DNA of 64,000 nucleotides from an uncultured Acidobacteriota bacterium (lineage in GTDB: Bacteria; Acidobacteriota; Blastocatellia; RBC074), in assembly GCA_963796275.1 (NCBI GenBank), contig CAWCKY010000006.1, forward strand, positions 288,001 to 352,000, given 5' to 3'. This document shows positions 49,461 to 60,891 of the stretch, in pieces. The notes under the pieces were generated by a model. The model saw nothing but the letters and a program-made list of their open reading frames with translations, was not told where the DNA came from and made no database searches. Position 1 is the stretch's first letter. Each line of letters begins with the position of its first letter. The translations under genes were made by a program, and so were the position numbers.

Positions 49461-50303
49461 TCACCTGGTATCGCTCTGCGGAATTGATGGCGGCTTCGGC
49501 GTTGTTTCCGCAGCCTCTTCAGCCTGCAGTCTGTCGTGCAATCGATTCACGCTTTTCTGACTGACGCGGATGAAGCCTTGCTGCGGATGCTGGAGGTCGA
49601 TGATCACCAAAAGGACAGCTGCCACTAGAATCGACATCCCTGTAGTGAGGAAGAACTTACGGCTTCCATTCAATCCGATACCGTACCCGGTCAGCGCCAA
49701 AGATGCGATGGCCAGAAAAAACAGGAGCCAGAGAATGACCTTGGGAACCCGATATTCAAATGCTGCAATGCGTCGCTCGTGTAGGTCGATGACGTCATTG
49801 AGCGATTGCAGCAATAGGCTGTCAGACTCCGTCGGCTCCCGGCCTTCGATTGCGCGGAAGCCTGCATACCAGAGAGTTTGCAATGTCCGTTCGGCCACCT
49901 GAATGCTCTCGATAGCCTTTCCCTTGTCATCACTGACATCAAATTGTGCAGCCGAATCCACATATTTTCGGAGGATCCGCCGAAGCTCGCTGCGACCGGG
50001 ATCAGTCACCAGACCGGCACGCAGGTATGCCGTCCCGAGAGCGCTTGCTTCACTAACCTGTAGTTCTGTTCGAGCATCATGACGGTCCGCTGCTAACGCG
50101 TATGTGAATCCAAGCAGCAGGGACAATAAACCCAGCACGCCCCCTTGAATGAAACCGAGGTACGACGTGTCCTCCTCTCTCCGCCTGGCACGCGCACGAG
50201 CGCCGAACTGGACGCCGGCCTCGGTGGCGAGCAGCATCAGAACAAACAATAAACATACAGTAAGCAAGGGATTGGTCGGATATAAAAAGTCAGTTTCGTC
50301 CAT
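49461..50303 (-). CDS. DUF4239/bestrophin-like membrane protein
   Basis: GVLGLLSLLLGFTY, EASALGTAYLRA, LNDVIDL, IIDLQHPQQGFIRVSQ. Confidence 0.75.
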   Translation of the reverse strand: MDETDFLYPTNPLLTVCLLFVLMLLATEAGVQFGARARARRREEDTSYLGFIQGGVLGLLSLLLGFTYALAADRHDARTELQVSEASALGTAYLRAGLVTDPGRSELRRILRKYVDSAAQFDVSDDKGKAIESIQVAERTLQTLWYAGFRAIEGREPTESDSLLLQSLNDVIDLHERRIAAFEYRVPKVILWLLFFLAIASLALTGYGIGLNGSRKFFLTTGMSILVAAVLLVIIDLQHPQQGFIRVSQKSVNRLHDRLQAEEAAETTPKPPSIPQSDTR

Positions 50304-50345
50304 GGAATACTCCACTTACGCTAGATATTCGAACTTGGGCTGTTT

Positions 50346-53045
50346 CTATTTTTCACGTGAGGATTCTATTTCTTGTTTTCGTTGTTCCATCATACCGCCG
50401 CCGCGCGGAGCAGATGCTCCGAGGGAGAGGCTTTCTCGGTTCACCACGGCGTCGATGCTTTTGATATACATCTCCTGTCGAGGCAGTGCGATTTCGATCC
50501 CGGACTTCTTCAGCGCGGCAGCGACTTTCACACCAAGCTCGCTTTTCACCTGCTGATTTATCCCGGCCTGGGCAACCCAGAAACGCAACTCGAAATTGAG
50601 CGCGTTATTGCCGAACCCCAGGAACAGCGCGGTTGGTTCGGGATCGCGCAACACGTCGTGATGCGACCCGGCCACTTCGATCAGCAAATTGAGCACTAGG
50701 TCCGGATCCGTGTCATAGACGACGGGGACCGCCAGCTCTACACGCCGGCGCTGCTGCGTCAGCGTCCAATTAGTCACCTGGCTGGAGATCAGAATGGAAT
50801 TGGGCACGATCACTTCGGCGCCTTGGCCAGTCCGGATGGAAGTCGACCTCATCCCGATCCGTTCGACGTCACCCGACGTCTCGCCTATCTCCAATGAGTC
50901 TCCGATGCGAATTGGCCGCTCGAAGAGCAGAATGATCCCCGAGAAGAAATTGCTGATAATATTCTGCAGGCCAAAGCCCGCCCCGACGCCGAAGGCTCCG
51001 GTCAGCAGCGTGAAGCGGGAGAGCTCAACCCCTGAAGCAGCCAGGGCCAGCAGGAAGACCGCCAGCAAGAGCACATAATAGGTGATAGTCGAGATCGCAT
51101 ATGAAAGGCCGTGCTTGAGCGGGAGCCGCACCAGCACGTCCGTTCGCAAGATGACCCGGATAATGTTGGCGAAGATTACGCCCAGCACTAAGATCAAAAC
51201 GAAGGTCAACACATCTCTGAGAGAGAAATTGACTGCGCCCCACTTAATTTGGGTCGTGAGCACGGATGAAAGCGCGCCCAAAACGCTCTCCCTGATGGTG
51301 AAGAAACTGAGCGTTGCGTACAACCAGATGGCAAAAGCGGTTACGACCAGCAAGCGCATCCCCCATTTCGCGACCATCCCTCCATGCGTGCGGATAGAGG
51401 AGAACAAAGGTGGCCAGCGGGTTTGCCAAAACAGGGAAAAGAGCGTGATTACACCGATGTAAGCTGTATAAAGAGCGATCGCGAAGAAAGCGCTGAGAAT
51501 GGCGCCTGATCTGAGAACGCGGGAGAGCGCGACGTAGCCAAAGATATTCGCCAGCAACGAGCCGAGAATAAGCACAAGGGCCGCCCGGGCGCCTATCAGG
51601 ACGAGAAATACACTTCTGACGTATGGTTGAAGCGGGCGGGTCCGAGCTGTACGGATGAGCCAGGCGCACAGAGAGATGGCAGCAAGACTCAAGCCCGCCG
51701 AGATCTCCCGCTTCACAGCCGCTGGTATAGGAAGCAACTCGGATATCCAAACCGTCATGCCGAAGACAACCAGTAAATACAAAAGCGGCCGGAAGACCGG
51801 AAGAATCAGAGAGGGCAGGAACTGCAAGACTGGTACTACAAAAAGAACAGCCACCAGGTTCCTGATCAAAGCCGGCATGTTGGCGGTAAATGGCAGGGTG
51901 ATAGTCAAAGTCGTGAGCAACGCCAGCGAAATCGGGTGTTGGAAAAGATGGGCGGCCCTGTGGGGTTCTCCCGGTGTTTTGCGCAGGACTCTGTGACGAA
52001 GGGCGATGCAGATTGCCAGGGCGGCAAGAAAAAAAGCGAATATCGCTGATACGGCCGGGCGCCTGGCTTTGAGAAACTCCTTGGCACGGATCATGGCTCC
52101 ATTGAGCGACCTGCTAAACGGAATATCGAGAGCCCCTTCGTTTTGCCGGCGAGAGCGGATCTCCCACAATGGAAGGGCATCGCGTTCCAACATGCTACGT
52201 TGGAGCCGCCCTTTTGCCTGACGGATACTCTCCAAGACGTCTGCCACCGCCTGAGCCTGTTGTGAAACCCGGTTTTGCAGTGTTACGAGGAGAGTCAGTC
52301 GCTCGTTAGCCTTTGATCTGGTGGCCAGGATTTCGTGGAGCGAAACCCGTATGCGGTCGATGACCGCCTTAATCTCACCCTCGCCTTTGATCTGATTGAG
52401 AGTGGCTTCCCATTGAGCTTGTTGGCTGGCAAGCGTGCGGACATCTTCTTCGACGGCTTTCACGCGTCCGGTCAGCGTCTGACCCCAGGCAGCGTATTGG
52501 TGGTATTTCGCCTGCCAATCCTTATCAATTTCCTGGAGTTCGGTCAGAGTGGGATTGGCAGCAATCAACTCATCCACCTCACGCCGCCGGGCGCGAACCA
52601 ATTCATCATGAGTCCGTAGAAACTGATCAATAGAGTCCAAGGTAGGATCGGGCTCTAACCGTTCGTTCATCTCACGCAATAATAGATTCAACTCCTCGGC
52701 GCGAGCCACAATCTCAGGCAGTTGGATCGCCAGCTCAGCCGCCTGATCGGGGGAGGCCACAGGCTGCGCCTGTAATCGTGGGGGCGGAGTTCGGGACTTC
52801 ATCTGCGCGGCGGGTTGACCCGGCCAATAGAGTAAGGCGCATGCCGCACAGAGAGTGGCTAAGATAAATCTGTAGCGCGAATTGTCTGGCCCGGATCTGC
52901 GGATAAGCGGCTGATTTTCACCCAGTTCGTGATGATCGGGTGCAATCAGTAGCGCGAGCGATAGCGATCGTAGTTTCCGGAAGCGCCTGAGGCCGGAAAC
53001 CACGCTCGCTACCGCTCGCGTTACTGATTCACCAGTTGTCCTCAT
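50346..53045 (-). CDS. Large MscS-family mechanosensitive channel (MscK-like)
   Basis: Coiled-coil periplasmic region, multiple TMs, GAGFGLQNIISNFFSGIILLFERPIRIGD; start uncertain. Confidence 0.9.
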   Translation of the reverse strand: MRTTGESVTRAVASVVSGLRRFRKLRSLSLALLIAPDHHELGENQPLIRRSGPDNSRYRFILATLCAACALLYWPGQPAAQMKSRTPPPRLQAQPVASPDQAAELAIQLPEIVARAEELNLLLREMNERLEPDPTLDSIDQFLRTHDELVRARRREVDELIAANPTLTELQEIDKDWQAKYHQYAAWGQTLTGRVKAVEEDVRTLASQQAQWEATLNQIKGEGEIKAVIDRIRVSLHEILATRSKANERLTLLVTLQNRVSQQAQAVADVLESIRQAKGRLQRSMLERDALPLWEIRSRRQNEGALDIPFSRSLNGAMIRAKEFLKARRPAVSAIFAFFLAALAICIALRHRVLRKTPGEPHRAAHLFQHPISLALLTTLTITLPFTANMPALIRNLVAVLFVVPVLQFLPSLILPVFRPLLYLLVVFGMTVWISELLPIPAAVKREISAGLSLAAISLCAWLIRTARTRPLQPYVRSVFLVLIGARAALVLILGSLLANIFGYVALSRVLRSGAILSAFFAIALYTAYIGVITLFSLFWQTRWPPLFSSIRTHGGMVAKWGMRLLVVTAFAIWLYATLSFFTIRESVLGALSSVLTTQIKWGAVNFSLRDVLTFVLILVLGVIFANIIRVILRTDVLVRLPLKHGLSYAISTITYYVLLLAVFLLALAASGVELSRFTLLTGAFGVGAGFGLQNIISNFFSGIILLFERPIRIGDSLEIGETSGDVERIGMRSTSIRTGQGAEVIVPNSILISSQVTNWTLTQQRRRVELAVPVVYDTDPDLVLNLLIEVAGSHHDVLRDPEPTALFLGFGNNALNFELRFWVAQAGINQQVKSELGVKVAAALKKSGIEIALPRQEMYIKSIDAVVNRESLSLGASAPRGGGMMEQRKQEIESSREK

Positions 53046-53055
53046 CGACGACCTC

Positions 53056-53361
53056 TTATCCGTGTAATCGATCTGTCGTTGGTCTATGCCAGTGCCGTTT
53101 GGAATTGGGGGAGCAGCTAAACTGAAGGCATGCTTCAACCTGCTCCTTCTTCATCACCTGCGAAAGCTTCGCCATCATAGCCTCCATATCCATGGATTCC
53201 CGGTCGAACATCACCTGGCAGATATCCAGATACTTCCTGCCCACACCATAGCCTCGATCAGCCAAACAATGTTCACTGGCGAACAATCGCCAAGCTTCAT
53301 TCACATAGAGAATGGTCCCTGATTCATTCAGAACTGCCGCGCTCGCAGGAATGTTATCCAT
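53056..53361 (-). pseudogene. Isolated PAS-domain fragment
   Basis: DNIPASAAVLNESGTILYVNEAWRLFA...GVGRKYLDIC, with no kinase domain following. Confidence 0.55.
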
Positions 53362-53627
53362 ATACTCGCAATACCCACAACGCCATTGCGAGGCAATTAT
53401 TTTGTTCTCGCAAACACTTACCGATCTGCAGGAGGTTTGTGAAATCGGATAGCGGCAACCGTTTTTAGAAGATTACATCGGTTGGGGTGATTAACCCTTG
53501 TACGGGAGGAACCGTAAATGACTGAGAAATCATAGCTGAATTAATAGAAGCGATGCAAGGCGGGGTAAATCCACCCAAGACTGATTGATCTGAGATTAGA
53601 CCAGAGAGAGTCCCCCAACGGAAACTG

Positions 53628-55314
53628 CTACCGGTCAATCCGAGACGACCTCAGGTCACTGATTTCTGGCTGACCCGAATTGGTAGAGACATCCGCTGGT
53701 TCAGAGAACCATTGCGATTTGGGAACGAAGACCCTGCCGGATGGTTGGGTCTGAAAATGCGGTGACATGATCTGTACCCCGAACTCGTTGAAAGCGTCCT
53801 GAATCTGCGCGTGAAGTTTGGAGAGGACCAGCGCCCGATCCTCGGTAATTTCCAGATTCACGACAAGCTGGTACTCGACATAAAAGTCAGCTAGTGCCCT
53901 CTGCATTACGCGTGGGCGTGGGGCTTTCCGCACGCCCGCCGTCCGCTCAGCAGCCAGCATGAGCATCGCTTGGACTTGCCGCCACGGTGCATCGTAACCG
54001 ATCGTCACTGCCGTTGAGACGACATCCCCATCCCCGGCTGCCAGCCGCGAGAAGTTCACTGTCTTCGTACCGACCACCACGCCATTGGGGATAGTGATCT
54101 CCTCGCGCCTCCATGTAACTATCTTTGTCGACAGCATACCAACTTCGCTAACTAGACCTTCGTCGTCACCAACACGAACATATTCCCCGGTTTTCAAGGC
54201 GCGCGAGTAGATCACCACCAAGCCGCTCATGATCTGGTTGATCAGGCCCGCCGAACCAAGCGATATCATGCAGTCCCACGAAAACGCTCACGCCTTTGAA
54301 GGCGTCAGTGCTAGAACCGGGAATATATGGGTAGGCAACGATCAGGGCGAATATCCAGATCAGAACCACGATCAGGCGGCGCGTCGCCCCCGCCGTATCA
54401 GGATGGAGCCAGGCAGTCGACTGGCGGCGCTCTTCCACCTCACGGAAAATCCCGTCGATCAGGCGGACAGCGATCCGGGTGAACAGGAAGATGACCAGCA
54501 CCGTGAATATCCCGGGGATGGCCTGCAACGCTCCGCTGCCCAGCTTTCCGAACAGGTTGATCAAGAAGGTCCCGAGTTGTTCACCCCATGGATGGCTGTA
54601 AGGGAACTGTGTAAGGACAAAGGTTAACCACAGGTAAGCGAGCGTGATTCCTGCGGCCCACACGGTCAGTTTGATCGCGCCGCGTCGCATGACCACTGCC
54701 ATCGGCTGGAGGTTAATGCCGGCGATCGTAAGGGGCTGCACGCGCGCACCTGATGTCATTTCCAGACGTGAGAGACCCTTGCGGCCGCCGCGAATTACCA
54801 GCAATATCCCGAAGAGGGCGATGAGTGTCGCAGCGATGGAAAGCCCTATTGCCCGGAGCAGCACCGACCAGTTCCGCTGCCGGGAGCGGGCATCCAGGGT
54901 AGCGTGCAACTGGGCTACCGCATAGTCGGCCGCATCTTTCAATGTTTCGCCAGATTCAGGATCCAGGTCCTCCTGCATGAGGCCGAACACATATTGGCCA
55001 TTGACGGTGAAGAGCACACCCGTGTACCTGCCGGTGAAGGCTTCGTTGGCCTCGACCCTCCATTCGGGTGCGACCTCCGGAAGCGCCTCGATGCGTGCCT
55101 CGGCATTCGCCGCCCGCTGAGCCGGGCTGAGGTGCTCGTAATTAGCGCGGAAAACCGTGATCTTCCGGTTCCAGAAGATGAGCGGAGCGGCTTCGCCACT
55201 CTGGCGGCTTTCGGTCTTGGGAGATGCACTCTCGCGCGGTTGTCCGGTTTGCGCCATTATGTTTAGGGATGTGATAAGCCAGACGATCGCCGTTATTAAA
55301 AGAGAGCGCTTCAT
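53628..55314 (-). pseudogene. MscS-family channel with a 1-bp insertion at 54270
   Basis: Minus strand GTG GGA CTG c ATG ATA TCG: removing one base joins ...FKGVSVFVGL to MISLGSAG.... Confidence 0.88.
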
Positions 55315-55945
55315 GCGATGATCCTTTCTTGCGCTATGGGGCACCTGAATACAGCCTACGACCTCAATCTCTATACAGCCGCCGTGATGAGTCCAATTGC
55401 GAGATAGTTCCGGTCGTTGCGGTTTCAGCATTTTTTTTGTGCCGATCTGGATCTGCTTCGCACGATACCTTTTCAGCCCGTCTCACGGCGGGTGCCGAGG
55501 CCCGCCCGGTGTCTCAGTGGAAGCATTCATCGAAGAGCATGTGCAAGTACGGGTCGGTCTGAATTCCTCAGTGCCGTGCGCGAGCCCGGTTTTGCTACGA
55601 GTGCATCTCTATCCGAATGAAATTGTATAGGTGAGGTCAAAGACTGAATACTGTCAGATTTGACAGCTGCTGTAGAAAGTCTGACATGAGACGAGTTAGC
55701 AAGTGGATGAACTGAAACCCGGCAACGCGCATTCGCAAACAGCGTGTCGGAAACAAACTTCAGCGCGTGGTGCAGCGATAACCGTGCCTTTCGATTGCAT
55801 CACTTCGGTGCAGCTCTCCCGTTATCCGAAAATTTCCGGGCAATCCCGAAACTTTACCAGTAGAAACCTGGAGATCTACGGATAGTACAGTACGAACCCG
55901 CTCGATTATGGTTACCTTGTACGGAGGTAATAGACAATAACTAAC

Positions 55946-56878
55946 TTGACGCTCATAGATTTGGCCTTTGAAGTCTATGAAAAGGCTTACAAGGATCACG
56001 CTTTCGGCAGAGCGGCCGAACTTGCCTACTTCTTTCTCCTCGCGCTGTTTCCTTTTCTGATCTTTCTGCTGAGCGCCTTCAGTTTTATGCCCGGCTTACA
56101 AGAGGCTCTGCTGGATTGGTTTGCCAGACTGATGCCGCCGGAGGCAATGTATCTGGTAACCGGTTGGGTGAATAGTGTGATAAGTGATAGCAGCGGCAGC
56201 TTGCTCTCGATCGGGTTGTTAGGGGCGTTGTGGGCTGCCTCAAAGGGTATGAAGGCGGTCATCTTCGCGCTCAACACAGCATATGATGTCGAAGAAGAGC
56301 GCTCATACTGGAAGACGAAGATAATCGCCCCGGGACTGACGCTCTCGCTCTCGGTGTTTATCGTGGGTGGGCAGGTATTAATCATGTTCGGCGACTGGCT
56401 GGCGATTTGGTTAACCAACCTGTTGGGTCTGGGAGACAGATTAGTCACTCTGGGGCAGTACATCGATTACCTGCTTGGCTTGTTGCTGCTCCTTATCGGC
56501 GTCGGTCTCCTCTATCACTTTGCGCCAAACAGGAAGAGGAAGTGGCGGCTGATTACGCCCGGGGCGATCTTTGCTGTGGCGGGTTCCGTCATCGTTTCAA
56601 TTCTCTTCTCCCAATACCTGCGTTTTGCGCCGAAACACAACGCTGTCTACGGCAGCCTGGGAGCTGTAATCGTCCTGCTTCTCTGGCTGTATCTATGGGG
56701 ACTCGCGCTTTTCATCGGTGGCGAGATCAACTCTGTGATCGAGCGCGCGGCCAGCAGGCCCGTCATCGAGGAAGAGACGGAGGGAGATCGCACTGCTGTC
56801 AGTCCCAGTAATGGAAGCTTGAGAGATCTTTTGCACGAAGTCGTTCTCCGAACTCGAAAGTTACGCTCGAGATCATGA
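55946..56878 (+). CDS. YihY/BrkB-family membrane protein
   Basis: AAELAYFFLLALFP, ALNTAYDVEE, YGSLGAVIVLLLWLY, IGGEIN. Confidence 0.92.
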   Translation: MTLIDLAFEVYEKAYKDHAFGRAAELAYFFLLALFPFLIFLLSAFSFMPGLQEALLDWFARLMPPEAMYLVTGWVNSVISDSSGSLLSIGLLGALWAASKGMKAVIFALNTAYDVEEERSYWKTKIIAPGLTLSLSVFIVGGQVLIMFGDWLAIWLTNLLGLGDRLVTLGQYIDYLLGLLLLLIGVGLLYHFAPNRKRKWRLITPGAIFAVAGSVIVSILFSQYLRFAPKHNAVYGSLGAVIVLLLWLYLWGLALFIGGEINSVIERAASRPVIEEETEGDRTAVSPSNGSLRDLLHEVVLRTRKLRSRS

Positions 56879-56896
56879 CGAATAGTCACAAGGTTT

Positions 56897-57778
56897 CTAC
56901 CAAGAGGCGACCCGCCGCAGATACCACGCCACCAGCAGCAGGAACAGTCCGTAAGCGATCAGCCCGGTGGCGACAGCGATAAAAATCCAGACCCCGTAGG
57001 GCTGCGCTTCGACAATGCGTAGTATGTCGCCTATCGTGCGCGCTTCGACCTCCTCCACATACCACCCGGCGTAGACGAGGAACATCCCCACAATGAAAAA
57101 CGCGACTCCGCGACCCGCGTAGCCCGCCACGCCAAACGCGATCGTTGCTCTTCTGATCCTGTAATTCATGCGCTCGAGTTCCATGTCAATAGTGAACCGG
57201 CGACTCACTGCTACGTAGAACTGGTGGACGGCGACGCCGGCGACGACGAGTCCGGCGAGCATGGTCAGCCAGCCGTCCAGCGGCCTCCACGTCAGGAACA
57301 GCGTCACCCAATCGCGCCTCGGCGTTCCCTCGTCGGGATTCATGACAGTCAGCCCCAGAGTCATTTGCAGCGCGGTCAGCGCAATTCCGATATGTGCGAG
57401 TCCGCTCACGGCGCAGCCAATGCGCCTCAGGACGCGCATGATGAGCTTAGGCGGCACGCCCTCCGTGGGCGGCACGAATATCTGCACGAAGCTGCGGAGG
57501 ATGAAGCCGAAAAGTCCGATGGCGACGGCGGCGACCGCCAGCCGCCCGAATGGTTGCGCGACAAGCAGGTCGAGCGCTCCGCGCGTCCCCCTCACCCGTC
57601 CGCCGATGTTGACCGCCGCCAAAGCCGTCGTGCCGCCGATGATAACGTAAAGCAACCCATTCGACGCATAGCCGAGCCGCGCGCACCGGAAGACCCACGG
57701 GTTGGCGGCGAGGATATCTGAGATTCGAGGGCGCGCGGTCGTCTGCGTTCGTGGTAATAAACTCTCCCGCTCATGCAT
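56897..57778 (-). CDS. DUF1206-family membrane protein
   Basis: ARLGYASNGLLY, AQPFG, GYAGRGVAF, QPYG...GLIAYG; start overlaps the AI-2E stop. Confidence 0.82.
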   Translation of the reverse strand: MHERESLLPRTQTTARPRISDILAANPWVFRCARLGYASNGLLYVIIGGTTALAAVNIGGRVRGTRGALDLLVAQPFGRLAVAAVAIGLFGFILRSFVQIFVPPTEGVPPKLIMRVLRRIGCAVSGLAHIGIALTALQMTLGLTVMNPDEGTPRRDWVTLFLTWRPLDGWLTMLAGLVVAGVAVHQFYVAVSRRFTIDMELERMNYRIRRATIAFGVAGYAGRGVAFFIVGMFLVYAGWYVEEVEARTIGDILRIVEAQPYGVWIFIAVATGLIAYGLFLLLVAWYLRRVASW

Positions 57779-58925
57779 TGGCACTCTTACTGATCCTTTC
57801 CCGATCCTGTTTCTCCTCATCCGCTTCGCGGCCACCGTGCGTCACATAGTCGCCGAGTACGTCCTCGACATAGATCATCTTGATGAGAATCATCACGGCT
57901 GCAGCGAACGGCGAAGCGAGCAGAAATCCTATGAAACCGAATGTCAAACCTAGCAGCACCTGTGCCGTGATCGTCAATACTGGCGGCATTTCAACGCTCC
58001 GGCGGTCGACTATGGGAGTCAACAAGTAGCCGTCGATCGTCTGCAGAACAAGGTAAAGCAACGCGACATATAAGGCTTGTTGCGGACCTTGCAGGAAAGC
58101 GATGAGTACGGCAGGTATAGCTGCGATCCAGGGCCCGAAGTTCGGGACGAAGTTGAGCAGCCCTGCTAGGATGCCGAGCGAGGCCGCGAGAGGTACGCCT
58201 AATATCCACAATCCGGCAGTCGTCAAACCGCCGTTGATGAGCATCAGGATGGAACGACCGCCGATCCATCGCCACAACGCCTCGTCGATGGCTGTCAGGA
58301 TTTCTCCGGCGCGCGCCCGATGCCGGAAGGGGAGGAGATGTTTGATACCTGCAGAATATAGATCGGGCTGCGAAGCGAGGTAGAGACCGATGATGACAGC
58401 GATCAGGGAGTTGATTAGCAGGCCGAGCGTCGTCGACGCCAACCCCGTCAAGCGCGAGACGATCGCGCCGCCGCGCCCGGCGAGGTACTCGTTAAAGCTC
58501 GGCAGATTCTCAATCGTCGAGTGCGCCCATTCGTACTGTTTGACATACTGTTTGACGTTCTCTATGGCCAGCGGAAGCTGCTGCCGCAATTCACTCACCT
58601 GTGAGCCGATTCGTCCCGGTATCAACCACACTCCGGCCACGAATACGACGAAGAACGCGAGCAGGATGAGACTCAGAGAGAGCCCACGCCCAAGGCCCGT
58701 TTTTTGCATCAAAATCCGACTGAAACCGCGCAACAAAATCGAAACGAGCACGCCCGCGAACACGAGCATCAACAAATCGGAGGCGTACCAAAAGAAGTAA
58801 ATAACGAATGCAACGCTCGACACGATACACGACGTAACAAAAACACGTTGCGCGAAGGTTAAGGCTATGCTTTCTCCCTTCACCTCCGCATTGCGCGTTG
58901 CCTTCAATTCGCGATCACTTTCCAT
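57771..58925 (-). CDS. AI-2E-family transporter
   Basis: LNFVPNFGPWIAAIP, DGYLLTPIV, MPPVLTI. Confidence 0.92.
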   Translation of the reverse strand: MESDRELKATRNAEVKGESIALTFAQRVFVTSCIVSSVAFVIYFFWYASDLLMLVFAGVLVSILLRGFSRILMQKTGLGRGLSLSLILLAFFVVFVAGVWLIPGRIGSQVSELRQQLPLAIENVKQYVKQYEWAHSTIENLPSFNEYLAGRGGAIVSRLTGLASTTLGLLINSLIAVIIGLYLASQPDLYSAGIKHLLPFRHRARAGEILTAIDEALWRWIGGRSILMLINGGLTTAGLWILGVPLAASLGILAGLLNFVPNFGPWIAAIPAVLIAFLQGPQQALYVALLYLVLQTIDGYLLTPIVDRRSVEMPPVLTITAQVLLGLTFGFIGFLLASPFAAAVMILIKMIYVEDVLGDYVTHGGREADEEKQDRERISKSANA

Positions 58926-59603
58926 CTACTTCATCAATGATTGAACACGGCCTCGGAACCATCTCATGTTAAGTCAATGCTACGGCGCTATTCAATCGCG
59001 CGTCTCTTTATTCACACAGCCCTCAATTATCGCAACCGGGAAATTGTGCAACACTGTGATGAAGTAAGGAATATATCCAGGTCTGTACTGTAATCTGCTA
59101 GTACGAGTTACTAATATTCAACCTGGGAATTATCCGGATATTACTAGGTTGGTACCACAGCCGGAAGTACGCAATCAAAAACGCTTGACTACTGAACTCA
59201 CAGGATATTCAGCAATCTCCCGCGGGCGTATGATTACATCCCCAACCAATAACAAACAGAATCATCTGATGAGCAAACTTGGCGATAAAGCGAGCAACTG
59301 TTAGGTCTTATCGGAGTAATTGCCGTTGGGGACTCGAGCGGCAAGGAACTCGAATATAAAAATTTCGGGTTGATTGTCACGCCGTCAACATGCCGCAGGC
59401 ATGACCAGAGCAGTAATTTCGACCGCGCCACATCATCAGTTACGCCCAAAGGTCCGGAAGAAAGCTGTACAACTACTTATCGTATGCTCGACCCGAAGTG
59501 ATGTGGCGGATGGAGTGAGATCGGTGGCTAACGAGCGTCGGCAGATACTGCGCGATCGCGCGGATGATGAAGGCCGACCATAAACTGGGTGTTGGAGGGT
59601 TTT

Positions 59604-60473
59604 ATGGATCTAGAAGCATTGTTAATACTCGCCCTGAAGTCGAGCATTTTCTTGACTGTATTTGGTCTCGCTCTTAAGGCGACCATGGATGACGCGGTGT
59701 ACTTGTTCCGGAACCCGTCGGCGCTCTTCCGGTCAATTTTGTCGATGAACGTATTTATGCCGCTTATGGTGGCCATGCTCGCGGCTGCATTCGAACTTCA
59801 CCCGGCAGTGAAGATTGCGCTCATCTCTCTGGCTGTCTCACCTGTCCCACCATTCCTTCCCCAGAAAGAGCTCAAGGCAGGCGCTCACGCTTCTTATGCG
59901 ATCGGACTGCTTGTAGCAGCAGGAGCGCTCGCGATCGTCTTCGTGCCTTTTACGGTGTGGCTGCTCGGAAGACTCTACGACAGACCCGCTCAGATTTCGA
60001 TCGGCTCAATTGCACAAATCGTTTTAATCTCCGTGCTTCTACCACTGGCCGCGGGCATTACAGTGCGCAATTTTGCCCCCGCGTTTGCTGACCGTATAGC
60101 GAAGCCCATTTCGGCGGTGGCGGCGGTGTTGCTTGTTGCTTGCACCATTCCTCTCGTAATTACCGCTTGGCCGGCCATCACGTCGCTGATCGGAGACGGG
60201 ACGATCGTTGCAATTGCGGCGTTTGTCATCTTTGGGTTAACAGTCGGCCATCTGCTCGGCGGGCCGGAGCCGGATGACCGTACCGTCCTCGCACTTTCCA
60301 CCGCGTCAAGGCACCCTGGCATAGCATTGGCGATCGCGAGCGCCAATTTCCCGGGCCAAAAGCTCGTTCTGGGCGCCATTATTTTATATCTGCTCGTGAA
60401 TATCGTTATCACGCTGCCGTACCTCAATTGGCGCCGCCGGCATCACACCGGGATCGCCGCAGTTAGTACCTGA
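59604..60473 (+). CDS. Bile acid:sodium symporter family protein
   Basis: AVSPVPPFLP, GHLLGGP, LSTASRHPGIALAIA; GGAGG RBS. Confidence 0.85.
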   Translation: MDLEALLILALKSSIFLTVFGLALKATMDDAVYLFRNPSALFRSILSMNVFMPLMVAMLAAAFELHPAVKIALISLAVSPVPPFLPQKELKAGAHASYAIGLLVAAGALAIVFVPFTVWLLGRLYDRPAQISIGSIAQIVLISVLLPLAAGITVRNFAPAFADRIAKPISAVAAVLLVACTIPLVITAWPAITSLIGDGTIVAIAAFVIFGLTVGHLLGGPEPDDRTVLALSTASRHPGIALAIASANFPGQKLVLGAIILYLLVNIVITLPYLNWRRRHHTGIAAVST

Positions 60474-60891
60474 AGGGAGGGGCGCGCCGATGATGTCGTC
60501 GCGCCGATCGCGAGATAAAATCGATTATTTTTCGAGATCATCACGACGGTCCTCCTATCGCTTGAAGCGGTTATCCGGACGCACGTTGGGATGGCGTTCA
60601 GGCATCAAGCTATAGCGAAGCGAGCCAGCTGCGCATCGAGTCGTCGCGCATCTCAGCGAAAGCCGGGCAGCAAGCCGCATATCAGTTTGAGTGTCCGCTT
60701 CGCCTCCAAGCGACAAATCAAACACATGGTTTTGAACAACTTTTTAATTGCGAGCCTCATCCCGATGGAGTCGGGGAGTTATGCTGGCATGTCTGATTGG
60801 GTAATGAGTTATAAGAGCGCGCGCATCCACGTCGCGATCAGAGGAATAAATATCGGTACCAGCTCAGAAGCGAGAGGGAAGCAGGAAACAA

